DNA of 64,000 bases from Euprymna scolopes (Eukaryota). Location: NCBI GenBank assembly GCA_053919585.1, contig CM132785.1, one strand, 5' to 3'. Below, piece by piece: positions 40,801-54,033 of the stretch (position 1 is its first letter; each line of letters starts with the position of its first letter). The notes under the pieces were generated by a model. That model did not search any database and was not told the origin of the DNA. It saw only the letters and a program-made list of their open reading frames with translations. A program made the translations under genes and the position numbers.

Positions 40801-42027
40801 TTTCTTTTTCCTCCATCTATTTTTCTTTTCTCTCTCTCTTTCTTTCGCTTCACAATTAATATTATATATATATATGTATGCATGTATATATATTCGAAAC
40901 TAGCTGATTTAATTAATAGTTTAATCGTAGCTTTATGACGTTATTCCGGTAAAAACATGCAAAGTTTCTCTATTGCACATTCTCTTTCACACCCGTCTTT
41001 ATGATAAATAGCATCAGAAAGTTTAACCTCGATCACACAGTCTGAGGATTGTGTGACTGATCCCACTAGCCCACTCGGAAATGCTAATAATCTTATGATA
41101 ATGATAGATACAACCATAAACTTCCGACTCCAATCTTAAGAGCCGTTTGTCTACTTAGGCTCCTTTCTTTTCTTATATCAGTTAAATTTTCTTAAGTTCT
41201 GGGACCAGAGATTGAACTCACAACCTCGAGACATAGACATAGTCTAGTAGATAATGGCGTTACTGGAAGACATTTTCAATATTTACGGTGCAGGGGTGCA
41301 AATGAAAGCAACACATTATCCGACCAGCAAAACGAGACTGTGCCCTGTTCAAGGCAATTCATTTCTCTTTCAAAGAGCCGACATACAAATAAAACACGTG
41401 ACACAACAGTTTATGTTACGCACTCCCTCTCTTTCTCTCATTTGCCTCTCTATTGCTTTTCTTCTCTTTTTCTTTTTCCAAGAACATGGACACACCTATG
41501 ATCTGTGTAAAATACACTTCTAACTACGCATATACACCTACAGATAGACATATATAAACAGAAAAATATCGGTGAATATATGCAAAGTATATCTATCTCG
41601 ATATGCTCATAATTTATCTATCAAAGAAGTTCATCTTTTTCTATGATTAACTACGTGTGTATCCATGAATAAAGAGGCTAGGCGGAAATTTCTATACGAA
41701 CGTCTTTTATTCCGAGAACCTCATGAGAAAAATAACATGTGTTTTGAAAGTAAACATTATATATAGAAAAAGAGGCAAATACGCTAATATGTAACAAGAT
41801 TAAACAAACAAAAAATGACAAAAGTTATTTAAATTCAAAGCATAAAACATCAAATGACAACTTATTTTATTCAACTCATTTTTGCAGTATATATTTTTGT
41901 CTATTTGTACACACTCTGCAGGTGCATATTTTTGCTGAGAAAGCAAAATTTTGTAAAAGCTTATCCGACATTTTGAAATCAAAGTAACTCTAACTAACAC
42001 CCCTCTCCCTTTCTCTCTCCCTCTCTC

Positions 42028-42089
<62 letters not shown>

Positions 42090-44701
42090 GGAATAATACC
42101 CTGTAACTATCGTTGTTTGTTTATTTAGTTTTCTTATCGCACTCACCCTGTCTATTATTACCAAGGTATCTACCTGAAAATAAACCTCTTTTTAATAATG
42201 TATTCAAATATATGTGTGGGCAAAAATTATTTTCTTTCAATAGAATCTAAAATTAAATTGCACTGCTCCATGTTGAATCTATATATAAAAAGATGAACGT
42301 GTCTCCGGCTTGCTTCAATAATCTCGTACACAAATATTTTATGAACCAAAGGGAGAGGGCAAATCTTAATCTTAATAATCACTGATAATGATAAAGAAAG
42401 GAAGGAATAGTCAAGTCTGCAAACTTAATTTATGAGCAAAAGAAATGTGTAATCTTAACAATTGGTATGAAAAATGAAATAATTCTTTCACTTTTAATAG
42501 ACACTAAAATATTTTCTTGTGTTTGTGTGACTAATATAGGAATTAATCTACGGGCGCACAGATGCTTTATTTATAGAGTCAAGAGAGAAAACAGAATAGT
42601 TAATTTATTAACGTAAAACTGATCTTATTTATTATATACATTTATTTTTTATACAAATTTGCTCGCGTATTTGTTCATTAAGTAAGAATTAAGTCGTATA
42701 TGTTTTTGTTTGGTGTTTATAATAGTTGTTTTTTTGGGGGGGGGCATTAAACAAGTAAAATAGTTGATATGGCGTTTAAAAAACAAACGAAATCAAACGT
42801 GATTGAAAAATAATATAAATCTAAGTTCAAAGATTGTTTATATATTTAAACAAAGAATAGAGTCATCATTTTCTTAAAAATAACTCTTCTTTTTTAAAGT
42901 CCATTTCACAATTGTAGGCTAGCAAGCATGACTCGTCCAGCAATTAGATACTTCCCATTTACTTTTTTACTAGGAGAAAAATGTTAGACACAAGCCGATT
43001 TCTTTTGTGTGGAAATACCCTGGCACAAACAAAAGGCAAAAAATAAAAATGTCTTTACGTGATATGATCGTGACTTGGGAGTCACTCTCCGCAGTATCTT
43101 GAGTGATCCTGCACCGAATATAGTCAGCTGTTGATGATCGCATGATGTAATTATTAGCTAATGCTGCTAATTCATTACATTAGCCTTAAACGATGTTTCA
43201 ATTCTTTCAATTTGTTCGTTTAATGTGAACCCCACAACGACTGATTTTCTTCAACTTAGAGAAAACTATCACTTAAAAAATTACTCCCACTCCGCCGTCA
43301 CTATTAAAATCCGCCACCTAAAAGGAAGTTGGGGTTGACTTCTACTTTACCTTTGAAAGTTTTAATAGTAAAGCTTTAGCAACTGTTACAAGCCAGCTAG
43401 ATGTGAACATCTGAGAGAATTCGAATAGGTCATACAGAGTCCATAGTTTGCGTCAGTAATCACTTCATCACCTTGTTTGTTTATTGTAGGCAATCAGATA
43501 AAGGTTAGCAGAGGTCAAAAAACATTTAGAGACACCTATAGAAGACGTAGCATACAACAATTTAAGCGGTAATTCTCTGTGTCAACATTTTGTAAGTTTT
43601 ATTAAATCACCAGCCCTTGGTCATATTTTACATTTCCGATAGGACCACTCCTTCACTCCATTATTTAAATGGATTCTACTTTCTTGTTTAAGCATCGTTT
43701 GTTATTTATTTGCAAGGCCCTATTGGGAAAACGGTCAAAAGGTCACGGGCCTCATGTATCCGGTAAGGTTTATCTTTCTAGAACAATCATGACATTTAAA
43801 AAGGCTGTTTGTCATGAACTGAGTGAGCTCAATAAAAAGGAAAAAAAAGTAATATATTTTTTCACGATTTTTTATGTTAGGTGGTTGCTTTCTATTTTCT
43901 TTAATGTTAATTAAATAAATGACCATTAGTTGTAGGGTGGAGGTTATCCATGACGCATTTAGTTTATAATAACATAGCCTGTAGAAAATAAAACGTATTT
44001 ACTAAAGACAATTATGTAGTTATCTCAAATCTAAATGAAAATATTCTCGATTCATCGCAGAAGTAACATCCACAGAGGTCCCGAGATGAAAGAAATGTTG
44101 TACTCTAATAGCTTCTTTATTTAGTCGTTGGCTTTTAGAATTTCCTCCATGCTCCCTGTTTCCGCGACTGTGCGAGCAAGCAAAAATTTAAATGCAATGC
44201 GAACAAACATCTTGCTGTGAAAGTCCCGACTTACGTTCCCATAACTATATGGATGCTATCACATTAGCCTCTTAAGTTTCAGTAGCTATATGCATTGTTT
44301 ACTGGCGAATAAATGTAAAAAATAACATTAAATTATATATAATGTAAGTTATATAAAGAAAAATAATGTAGAATTGTAAAGGACGAAAAAGAATTGAAGT
44401 AAATTGAGCCATATAACGACAGAATGAGTCAATACTGTCGTAAATGGTTTTGCCTTCTACTTGCGCAAGTGTTGAAATCGTTTAGAGTAAGAATATTTTA
44501 GGTGACTTCCCTTGAAATAAAACGACATTTCTACACGAAATCATTAACGATTTTTTTCTGATTTTTGGATATTATTTGTCCGAGAGATCGGCTTTTCTAA
44601 CGATGCCAGGTTGGTGCGTGTGCGATTCGCAGGAGAATAGTTTTTAGCAGACATACAAATACACACGCACTAACATACAGACAGTTCCCTTTTATGTGGT
44701 T

Positions 44702-44739
<38 letters not shown>

Positions 44740-44804
44740 TGTATACAGGTTCTAATATTTTTATAAGGTTTGCTTTGTTAAATATATTTTATCGTGTTCA
44801 TTTA

Positions 44805-44847
<43 letters not shown>

Positions 44848-44966
44848 CAATCTTACTTGCATCAGTACACTTTGATTGTTATACGGAACTTCCATCGAAC
44901 CGCACTGATGCACGCAGGATTGTAATATAGTATAATTATATATATGCATATATATTATTTATAATA

Positions 44967-45883
44967 CTAGCGGGGGCACCCGACATTACCCGGGTGCTTG
45001 TAGGTGTGTGTTTGAAAAAAAGGTAGTGGTAGGTAGGCTCGAACCCGAAGCCCTGACGCGAAGGCGGAAAAGAAAGTGAACGAAAAGCTGAGATCTTACC
45101 GCTATGCTTAGACGTGACAGAAACTGAAAAGCGTTCAAATTTAGCGATGAAAAAGTTGACATGCGGACTGAAAATTAAGTGAATGAGTTCACGGAGGCAC
45201 TGAAATGAAATCACACTGTCAGCCAGTAAAACTTTCAGCTTTCTGCCCGCCGTATTTTTTCCCCACGATGTTGGGAAAACCCAGCTCCCCACAAAAAGAG
45301 AGTGTCCAAATGTATAGCAATTGTCTGATATGAGGGGTTTCCCCCACAGTGATCAAAGCTTATTGCTTCTGGGCGTCCCTGGCACGAGAGCCGGGAAGCT
45401 GTCTTTGTTTTCGATTGGTTTTGCTTTTATACGAAAAACACGAACAAACAAGCAAGAGGACGGAGTAGCAAGAATTTGGCAAAAGTCGCTCAAATAAAAG
45501 ATAGAGGCGACCTCCGTTCGCAAATCTGAGATATTACTATCTAAGGAGTATATAAAAAGTTCTAAATAATATTACCCCCCAGCAGCCCCCGCCCTCCAAC
45601 AGCTAATTGCTTCTGGATGTCCCTGGCAGGAGAACAGGGAAGCTGCCTTCGCTTTTGATTTGTTTCGCTTTTATACAAAAACACGAACAAACACGCGAGA
45701 GGACGGAATCGCGAGAATTTTGTAAAAGTCGCTCAAATAAAAGATAGAGACGACTTCCGTTCGCAAATCTGAGATATTACAATCTAGGAAGTATATAAAA
45801 AGTTCTAAAAAGTATTACCTCTCCCATCCTGGACCCCCTCCCAAGCCTTTGCTGGACATAGAGAAACGCGCGCGGCCGTTTTG

Positions 45884-45890
<7 letters not shown>
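44967..45890 (-). mobile_element. Non-autonomous Helitron
   Basis: Canonical 3' end: hairpin GCACCCG-(8 nt)-CGGGTGC (44976-44997), then CTAG (44967-44970) followed by T on the minus strand; 5' end runs into (TA)n; internal ~244-bp tandem duplication. Confidence 0.85.
45357..45840. repeat. ~244-bp direct tandem duplication inside the Helitron
   Basis: AGCTWATTGCTTCTGG..CCGTTCGCAAATCTGAGATATTAC..TATATAAAAAGTTCTAAA starting at 45357 and 45601. Confidence 0.92.
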
Positions 45891-45936
<46 letters not shown>

Positions 45937-46039
45937 CTGGCACTCTGGAATCGACCGATCGTACAATACTCTTAAGCATTATATTGTACTTTAAATAGAT
46001 TGCTTAGGTATAATTTTAGAATCAATTTTTTTTTATTAT

Positions 46040-46740
46040 AATATATTACGAGGAATAATTTGCCCGGTGAACTAATTCGCAAAAATAACAACAACAAAAA
46101 AAAAAATTGAATATTAATAATAATAATAATGTTGTTCATCAAATTCGGTATGTGTTCGTTTACAATATCACGTCAGCTGATATTTGGGCTTGACGATGAA
46201 TGCCCTGGAAAAGTCACTTCTGATTAATGTTTAGTTTTAAGATATGCAAACGGAGAAATGATTTGCGGCGATTTTACATAGTATTTATTCTTTTATCGTA
46301 AATTGAATACATTAATAATAAAAGAAATTAAAGTAAAATGATGAGGTACACCCGGGCTTGAACAGGGGATTATTTGATCTGTACTCGAATGCTCTACCAC
46401 TAAGCGATATCTACAGATTATAAGAAATCTGTTTTTAAAAAGAAATGATTGGCTGATATTTTATCATCTCCCTTGGCCAGTGTAACCTAAAATATTCCCC
46501 TGTAAAACTTCTTTTTTATTTATAAGAGCGAAAAGCTATTTTTAAGATCGGAATTTTCAATTTTCGGTACTTATCGGATGAATTTTTGTACAAAACATAT
46601 CTAAGAACACTGCCAAACATATAAATTAGCTTTGTTTGAAATTTGAAAAAAGTCGACTCATCAGTTTTTGGAATCTATGAGAAAGGAACTCACACACACG
46701 CACACACACAAAGTGACTTTTATATAATAGTAGAGATATA
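46040..46740 (-). mobile_element. Decayed Helitron-like element carrying a tRNA-Cys relic
   Basis: 5'-like end TCTCTACTATTATATAAAAG followed by (TG)n on the minus strand at ~46738; 3' end degenerate. Confidence 0.55.
46343..46414 (-). pseudogene. tRNA-Cys pseudogene
   Basis: GTAGATATCGCTTAGTGGTAGAGCATTCGAGTACAGATCAAATAATCCCCTGTTCAAGCCCGGGTGTACCTC is colinear with metazoan tRNA-Cys(GCA); anticodon and stems are mutated. Confidence 0.8.
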
Positions 46741-49700
46741 TAAAAAGGTCGAAATTGTAGAACTCGTTCCACCGTCATATATCTTAATTTGCTTCAGTTC
46801 GTGTTTATCTATTTTACCTCTACATTGTATTACCTTCTATAAATTGCCTTTGTATACACGCAATAAACAATGCTTCAAGCAAATTACATTAAACTATTAA
46901 AACAATAATATCGAGATGAAATAGTAGATAATGAAGGGATGTTCTTTCTCGGATATTGGTATGTTCAGATTAAGATATTTTGAAATGGAAAAATTCTATG
47001 AGCACGAATTGACAATTAAGACAGAACTTTTAAATGTAATAGTCTGTCTGCATTGCTTATTATTTATACTCAAGAATTATGACTCTCTTTTATAATAGTC
47101 CTAATGAAAAATATTTTAAATTTTGTATTTGTTATTTGGTAACATACTACGATTTATTTTTCTCTGTTCTCACTAATTTTATTAGTTCTCTTTATTTTCT
47201 GAATTTCTCTTGTATTTTTTTAAATTTTTTTTATCTTCCTTAAATCAGCAACATTGCCATTGAAGTGTAAGTGGCTACTGCAATATCTGCCAAATGTATA
47301 GAATACCACACAAGGTGGAGAGTTGTGGTTCGAAGTACTTTTTTCACATGACATTTAAATTTCTGCGTTTTGGTACTGTCGAGGAACCAGGGAGCAGCAA
47401 GGCAATTCCAAAGTTTTAAGGCAGTCTGAAAAAGAATATTCTAGCATATAAGAACCCCTTTTTATTATTATCAGATATTATCAAGATTAAGAGTACCCTG
47501 CCTTTCTCATGATAAGTAAATTTGCATAAGTGATTATTGAAGCGAACGTTAGTTCGCTTATATTATATAGAAAGGAGGAGAAAGTGTTAGAAAACAGAAG
47601 AAACGAGAACGGGCAGCAAAGTAGGAAGAAGAGGAAGCGTATAATTATAATTAGTGTAATACTAATCAAAGAATGGCAATCAGAAGATTTGGTCAGAATG
47701 ACATAAATGTACTCAATTATCTTTACCGCTGTAACACCTACGCTTAATAGAAAAAAAATAATTTTGCGTTATTCACTCTGCCAGGTACATTCTCATGCGA
47801 TTCTGGTTAAACAGCTGTGACTCATAGATGAAGGTTTTATTTTTTTACTTTAATTGAGAAAATATTAAGAATTTCGTTCATGAAACGCCATGAATCATTT
47901 TTTTACTGAATATTTTTCAGCCAAAGTTTAATTGATTACACCTCCCTTTTTATCATAGCAATCCGGTATTTATTCAGCCCGTTTGATGGCGGGGGGGCCT
48001 TGCTATTCGTTTAAAGTCTAAAATAAGACGCTTTATCTTCAGTAAGTGCCCCCACCATCATTCAAGTAGCATCTCTCCCATTTCATCAACAGGGAATTGT
48101 CACTGTACGCATTTCAAGAAAATCTGTTTTCTTTTTTTACTTAACTTATATTTGTATAATCTTAAAACTATGCAGATCTTGCTTGTTATATTATTATCTT
48201 GCTTCCTTGTCATCGTGCATCGTGGATAATGTCATCAAACGCAGTGGACGACGACACAAAATGTGAATTAAGTGAATAAAGGACGATTGAAAGAAGAAAT
48301 AGCAGCAGAAGGCTAATTACATACGCTTATAATAAAAAAGAGAGTGCGACAGAGAGAGGTTAGATATGGAGCGGCACAGGACGGGGAGGAGGGGAGAGAC
48401 AGGAGATAAAGTGGAAATAAATCAAAAACTGAGAAAAAGCGAGTAGTCGTAGGAGAAGGAGGAAGAGTAGGGAGAGGGACAGAGAGAGAAGCGAATAAAA
48501 AACGAAAATATAATGTCAAAAACATATTTAATAGTATACGTAACAAGTTCTGATTCAACGAGTCACAGATGGTCTTGTATACTATTGAAGACTTATCTTG
48601 CTTGTCATCGTAAACATTGGATGACGTCACAAAAAGGCGAATGATAAGAGCAGAGGGAGCGGTCGAATTATGTAATTAATTCAAAGCCGAGTAGGAGTCT
48701 TAAGTAATTTTTATACTGCAGTGACAGTTGGACCTTCAAAAGAATATCATTTAGAATTGATTATTACTTAACATTTTATCTGTTAGGCTATGGCTGATGG
48801 AACAAAAACAATTTATTCCCTTGGCTTAAAGAAATGGTCTGGTTCAAAATTACAAAAATACAGAGTTCGATATAAAGGTTCTCGAGTTTGACAAGACGTA
48901 CGTGAAGAAGGTCGTGGGTTAAATCAACCTAGTGTTGTGAAACTCACATCCAACATGAGAATAGTAGTCTGAATAAATCAATTAATCCAAATTACTAATC
49001 CTCATCTAAAAAATTCCGAAACTGTGTATTAACTTGTTTTGTTTCATCATTGTACTCTTTAATGTTACTCTGAGAATGCTAACCACAACCATTATTTTCA
49101 TACTAATTAAGATTTCACTACTTGCTTACATAAGAATCACTTCGGCATGTAGGTATAATACGGTATAAAGCGTTTGTGAGTAGGAAACATAATATACAGG
49201 CAATATCGGCCGAAAGGTTGTGAGTATAACATCCAAGATGCTAACACTAGTTCGAATAGTACAGATAATAAATAGCTGGGTTTTATGAATAATCTTATGA
49301 ATGTTTGTTTTGTTGGGTCAGTGTCCAATCGGCAAAGAAACAAAGTAACAATCTAGTTAGACTCAACTGGATGGTTAAGGTTGTCAGGCAAAATAGGCGA
49401 CAACACAAGAGTAGAAACATGTGTGCGCATAACTCAACGTAAATTATTTCTTTAAAAGTGGATTTGACTAGAAGTAGGCTATATATTATATAAATGCCTT
49501 ACAATGAAAAACTGCAACGCACACTTATTCTAAGTGTGAAGCATTTCTCTCATTTTAATAGGACACTTAAAGTAAAAATCTGTTTATAAGAAACAAAAAC
49601 GGTCCAGATACGGCGTGATTTGCAACAAATATTATATTTTTCGTAGAACTATTTTATGACGCGTTACATAATTAACGATTTTGTCAAATAATTTAATATA

Positions 49701-49954
49701 CATTAAACATGGTTAATTTAATAGATTATTTCAACTGTTTACTAGGTTTTATTTTATATCTTCTATACACCTATAAATCTGAGGTTTTTGTTGCACTGAC
49801 ATTAATATTAGAAGTCTACGTTTTCTATATAAGAATTATTACAACGAATTTTTTAATATACTCAGTCATAGATGTATAAACGACTTGATGAAGATTAACT
49901 AATTTGCATATTTATTTGAAAAACGTACCTTAATTAATTATTTATTTTTATGGT

Positions 49955-50437
49955 TTCTTATAAGATGATTGATTTCTTAGCTTGTCTGTGTATGTAACGG
50001 TCTCTTCAAACTCCTCTCTGAGTTTTTGGTCTACAGGTAGATATGTAAGGGGGGACCAGTGAAACAATTTTAAGTTAGGTTTAGTCGGTAAAAATAGCTG
50101 CTATAAGGTCAAAGTTAAAAACAAATAGCCTTGGCAAGTGTAAGTCGAATAAAGCTGTTATTACTTCTGCGTCTGTGCAAATAGATTTATAAAATGAGGT
50201 CGCTTACTTTTTTTAATCTTTTATTATCCATTTTTTTGAGAGGTCAAACGGTATCGACTAAGGCTGGAGGGCTAAAAGTTTTAATTTCGGTTCTAGTTGA
50301 TGACACCCAAGTCATATTTTTTAACTTTTGAAATTTTTTTCTTTTATATATTAGGTAAAATCTAATAATGAAATTTGCATAAATTAAAATATATTTAAAC
50401 GTATTTTACGACCGGACAACGATGGGTAGCCTGCTAG
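49955..50437 (+). mobile_element. Non-autonomous Helitron-like element
   Basis: 3' end CCGGACAACGATGGGTAGCCTG-CTAG-T (degenerate hairpin plus CTAG at 50434-50437). Confidence 0.55.
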
Positions 50438-50481
50438 TGAATAAATACATTTTAAAAGGATCAGTGCGCAAGTGTTATCGT

Positions 50482-50544
<63 letters not shown>

Positions 50545-51039
50545 TGGGTAAAATATTACACCATTGGTACTGTTATCGTGAATTATGGAATATGTATTCT
50601 AGACAACAAGATTCGTAACGTGGGCGCATATTGTATTCTTGCAAACTTTACTATTTAAGAAAGGGGGTACCAAAACTACCATATCTTCCAAAGAATAAAA
50701 CTGTAAGAAAATTTAAAACTAATGCAATATTTAGTTCGCGAGGAAGAATATAAACAAAGAATACATTAAAGTCAATATTGACATTTGTACTGGACGTATA
50801 GATCGTTAGCTAAGCAGTCCAATATGACGCCCATGTTAGGCAGTCCCTCTTTTGAAGCACAAGTCTCATCTTTCACTTTGCTGTATTCATTACTTATATT
50901 CACCCGTGCTGACTTAATAATCGCTTGTTTAGTAATATTATCTGTGCAAACAACAGCATCAACAACAAAGCAGATTAATTCGTAACATAATCAATATAGC
51001 CGGAAATAACATGTGCGGCGCACATGCACACACACAAAC

Positions 51040-51107
<68 letters not shown>

Positions 51108-51222
51108 GGGTACAATAATCCAAACAAAAGAAAAATGATTCGAAGGAATGGTGAAGCCAACATTTGTTTTTTTATATACTTAGTTTATTATTTGATATTT
51201 TCATTTTTTTTTTTCAATTTTA

Positions 51223-51316
51223 AGTTTGAATGTTTATGACGTCAGATCTCTACGCCCTCAAGCTAAGCTAATGAGGGCGTAAAAATCGCTCGAAACGTGT
51301 CGCAAACATTCAAACT
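51223..51316 (+). ncRNA. Hammerhead-like motif embedded in an imperfect 94-bp palindrome
   Basis: CTAATGA-GGGCG-TAAAAAT-CGCTC-GAAAC-GT-GTC at 51268-51301; left arm is a deleted reverse complement. Confidence 0.6.
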
Positions 51317-52877
51317 CATAATAAACTACTGTTAATTTTATGAAATTATTGTTATATTTTTACTTTAAATAAAGTTTATGACAATGTCAAGTATCAAGGT
51401 TCGTTTGTGCTCTAAACAGAACATTCATTTCTTACGCTCCCCTGTCTTATTAAAAAGTCCACTGTTTGTTTTATACACCGACCCTTCTGCTTGTACGGTT
51501 ATAAAACTTTTCAAATTCACTTGCATGTTAGGCTGTATGAAAGTATTAATTTGGGTCAAAATCGGTGTTTCTGCTTTAATCGGATTTTTTCGATTATCAA
51601 TTTTCGCTGCTTATTGGGTGTATTTCAATGCAACACCGATTTAAAAACACTCACAGCCATATAAAGTATATTTTTGTGGAATTTTATAAAAATCGTCCCG
51701 GTCCTTTTGGAGTCCATGGGAAACTCTCTCTGTTTCTCTTTCNNNNNNNNNNNNNNNNNNNNNNNNNNNNNNNNNNNNNNNNNNNNNNNNNNNNNNNNNN
51801 NNNNNNNNNNNNNNNNNNNNNNNNNNNNNNNNNNNNNNNNNNNNNNNNNNNNNNNNNNNNNNNNNNNNNNNNNNNNNNNNNNNNNNNNNNNNNNNNNNNN
51901 NNNNNNNNTGTTTTACCTTCATCTCACAATCTTTTTTCAGGAAAATGAAAAAAAAAACATGTTAAACAGAAAAGTAAATTGTATGAAACCAATCACAAAA
52001 TTCGGGGACACTCTAAGAAAATAAGACCACATATGCCCTCCCCAACCCTTCAAACCGACAAGTGAAGCAGCCACGTGAGGTGAGAGAAGGCGGTTGGAAA
52101 ACGAAGCAATAACTGTTGAGAGACGGTCTACTGAAAAAGAACTGTAGATTATTCTAAAAAAGGAAAAGTAAAACCCTATTTTTAGAGACATTTTGGGGTC
52201 TTCTCTTATCCTGACCAGCAAGTGTTATCAGGAAACCACCCAGTAGATAAGGAGAAAACATTCTGAGACGATGACGACTCGTGCTTTACTGATAGGCAAA
52301 GTCATACATATGTGTGTAACTAAGTTAATCAGAATTGCACGAAGGTGGGTCTTTCATTACGTTGGGTGAAAGCGATTTACTCACCCGTTTATCACACGTT
52401 GACCAATTTTTTGATATTACTTTTATATGTACAAATATATAGTGNNNNNNNNNNNNNNNNNNNNNNNNNNNNNNNNNNNNNNNNNNNNNNNNNNNNNNNN
52501 NNNNNNNNNNNNNNNNNNNNNNNNNNNNNNNNNNNNNNNNNNNNNNNNNNNNNNNNNNNNNNNNNNNNNNNNNNNNNNNNNNNNNNNNNNNNNNNNNNTT
52601 TTTATGTATAGTACAAGCCCCTAAATTAATTGAGTGAACATTATGGCCATCTATTCATTTGCCCAGGTTCTGCAAAATCAAAGATCTAAAAATAGATACT
52701 GTTTTCTTAGTGTAAATTGTTGTCAAACTTTTGTTCTTGTTAAATTACGATGCACAATTTTGTCACATGAAAATATGGAGATAAAAGAAAAAGTAAATAT
52801 ATTTTTCTAATTTGATAAATGTAGTTATTCATTAAAGTAAAGAGGTAAACAAATAGTCATCCTAGAGGACATATATA

Positions 52878-52926
<49 letters not shown>

Positions 52927-53261
52927 ATTTAATTATTGTCTAGATACGTATATGTTTCATGCTTGCAGAATTATTGTTCTAAACGTGCACTCAACTCGAA
53001 TCCTGGAACAAATCATGTCTAACTCCAATGCCGAAAGCTCTAATCAATGTGACTAATTTCAACCATTACACGTCGTAAAGATCCAATCTTTAGTGCAGGT
53101 GATACTAAGAATACTATTACGAATTACTTAATATTTCTGCCCGGTTATGGTTGACGAAACGACAGTAAGCATCCGCGGATTAATTAAAAGGGTCGGTTCG
53201 AAATACTATACTGATTTCCATGCAAAGACTCTGGAGTTTGATAAGATACATGTGACAGGGG

Positions 53262-53585
53262 GTATTTAGTTCTCTCCTATCGCTAGAACAGACACCAGGG
53301 TTGGAAAGTGGGATTGAAAAGTCAGCACCCCAAGGGAAGAGCACTCTGACCTACAAAAATTGCTGGGCAGCCCCGTCGGCATTCCCCGGTGAGAAAGCCT
53401 CAGGCAATTAGCAATAAACTAGGCTCTAACCTTGGAGGGTGAATTAACCAACCGACTAGCCAGGGAGAGTGATCCTCCTAGAATTGCACAGAACTTAACT
53501 CTCACCATAAAATCAATAGGGACCGGATCATTACAAGAATGGTCTAATCTCTGTTGATTTGTGGGTCAGGATCAAAATCTCCAGC
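53262..53585 (-). mobile_element. Family F SINE-like copy nested in a family H element
   Basis: Reverse complement of 9900-10207; interrupts GAGTTTGATAAGATACA / ATCTGAAGGAAGCC, which are contiguous in the copy at ~48885-48912. Confidence 0.75.
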
Positions 53586-54033
53586 CGTATCTGAAGGAAG
53601 CCAAATGTTACATTGATCGAAACGTTGTGCTAATAACATCTAAGATAAGAATAGTAATTTGAATAATCTAAAGAATGCAAATTACAAATCTCTATCTAAA
53701 AAAATTACTAAACAGAATATTAACGTGTTTGATTTCGTTATTGCACCCTTGAAAAAAGTTACTCTGAGAATGCTAACTCTTATTCGTCCTTATTTTTATA
53801 CTAATTAAGATTTAACTACTTTTTTACATATGAATCACTTCAGTATGTAGGCTTCCTACAGTAGAAAGGGTTTACTGCTATGAAACATACTATACTGGCA
53901 CTGACATGAATCCAATGTCGCTTATGTTAATTCTAATTACCAGTTTATTACTTATAGTCTGCTTATTATTGGCTCTGGTGTTGAAAGACAGAATGTGCAT
54001 ACTGAATGTTCACACCTCAATAATTAGTGCATC

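Noticed and set aside
43490-43568. Plus-strand exon candidate (AG..GT bounded, one open frame)
   Set aside because: No homology and no partner exons
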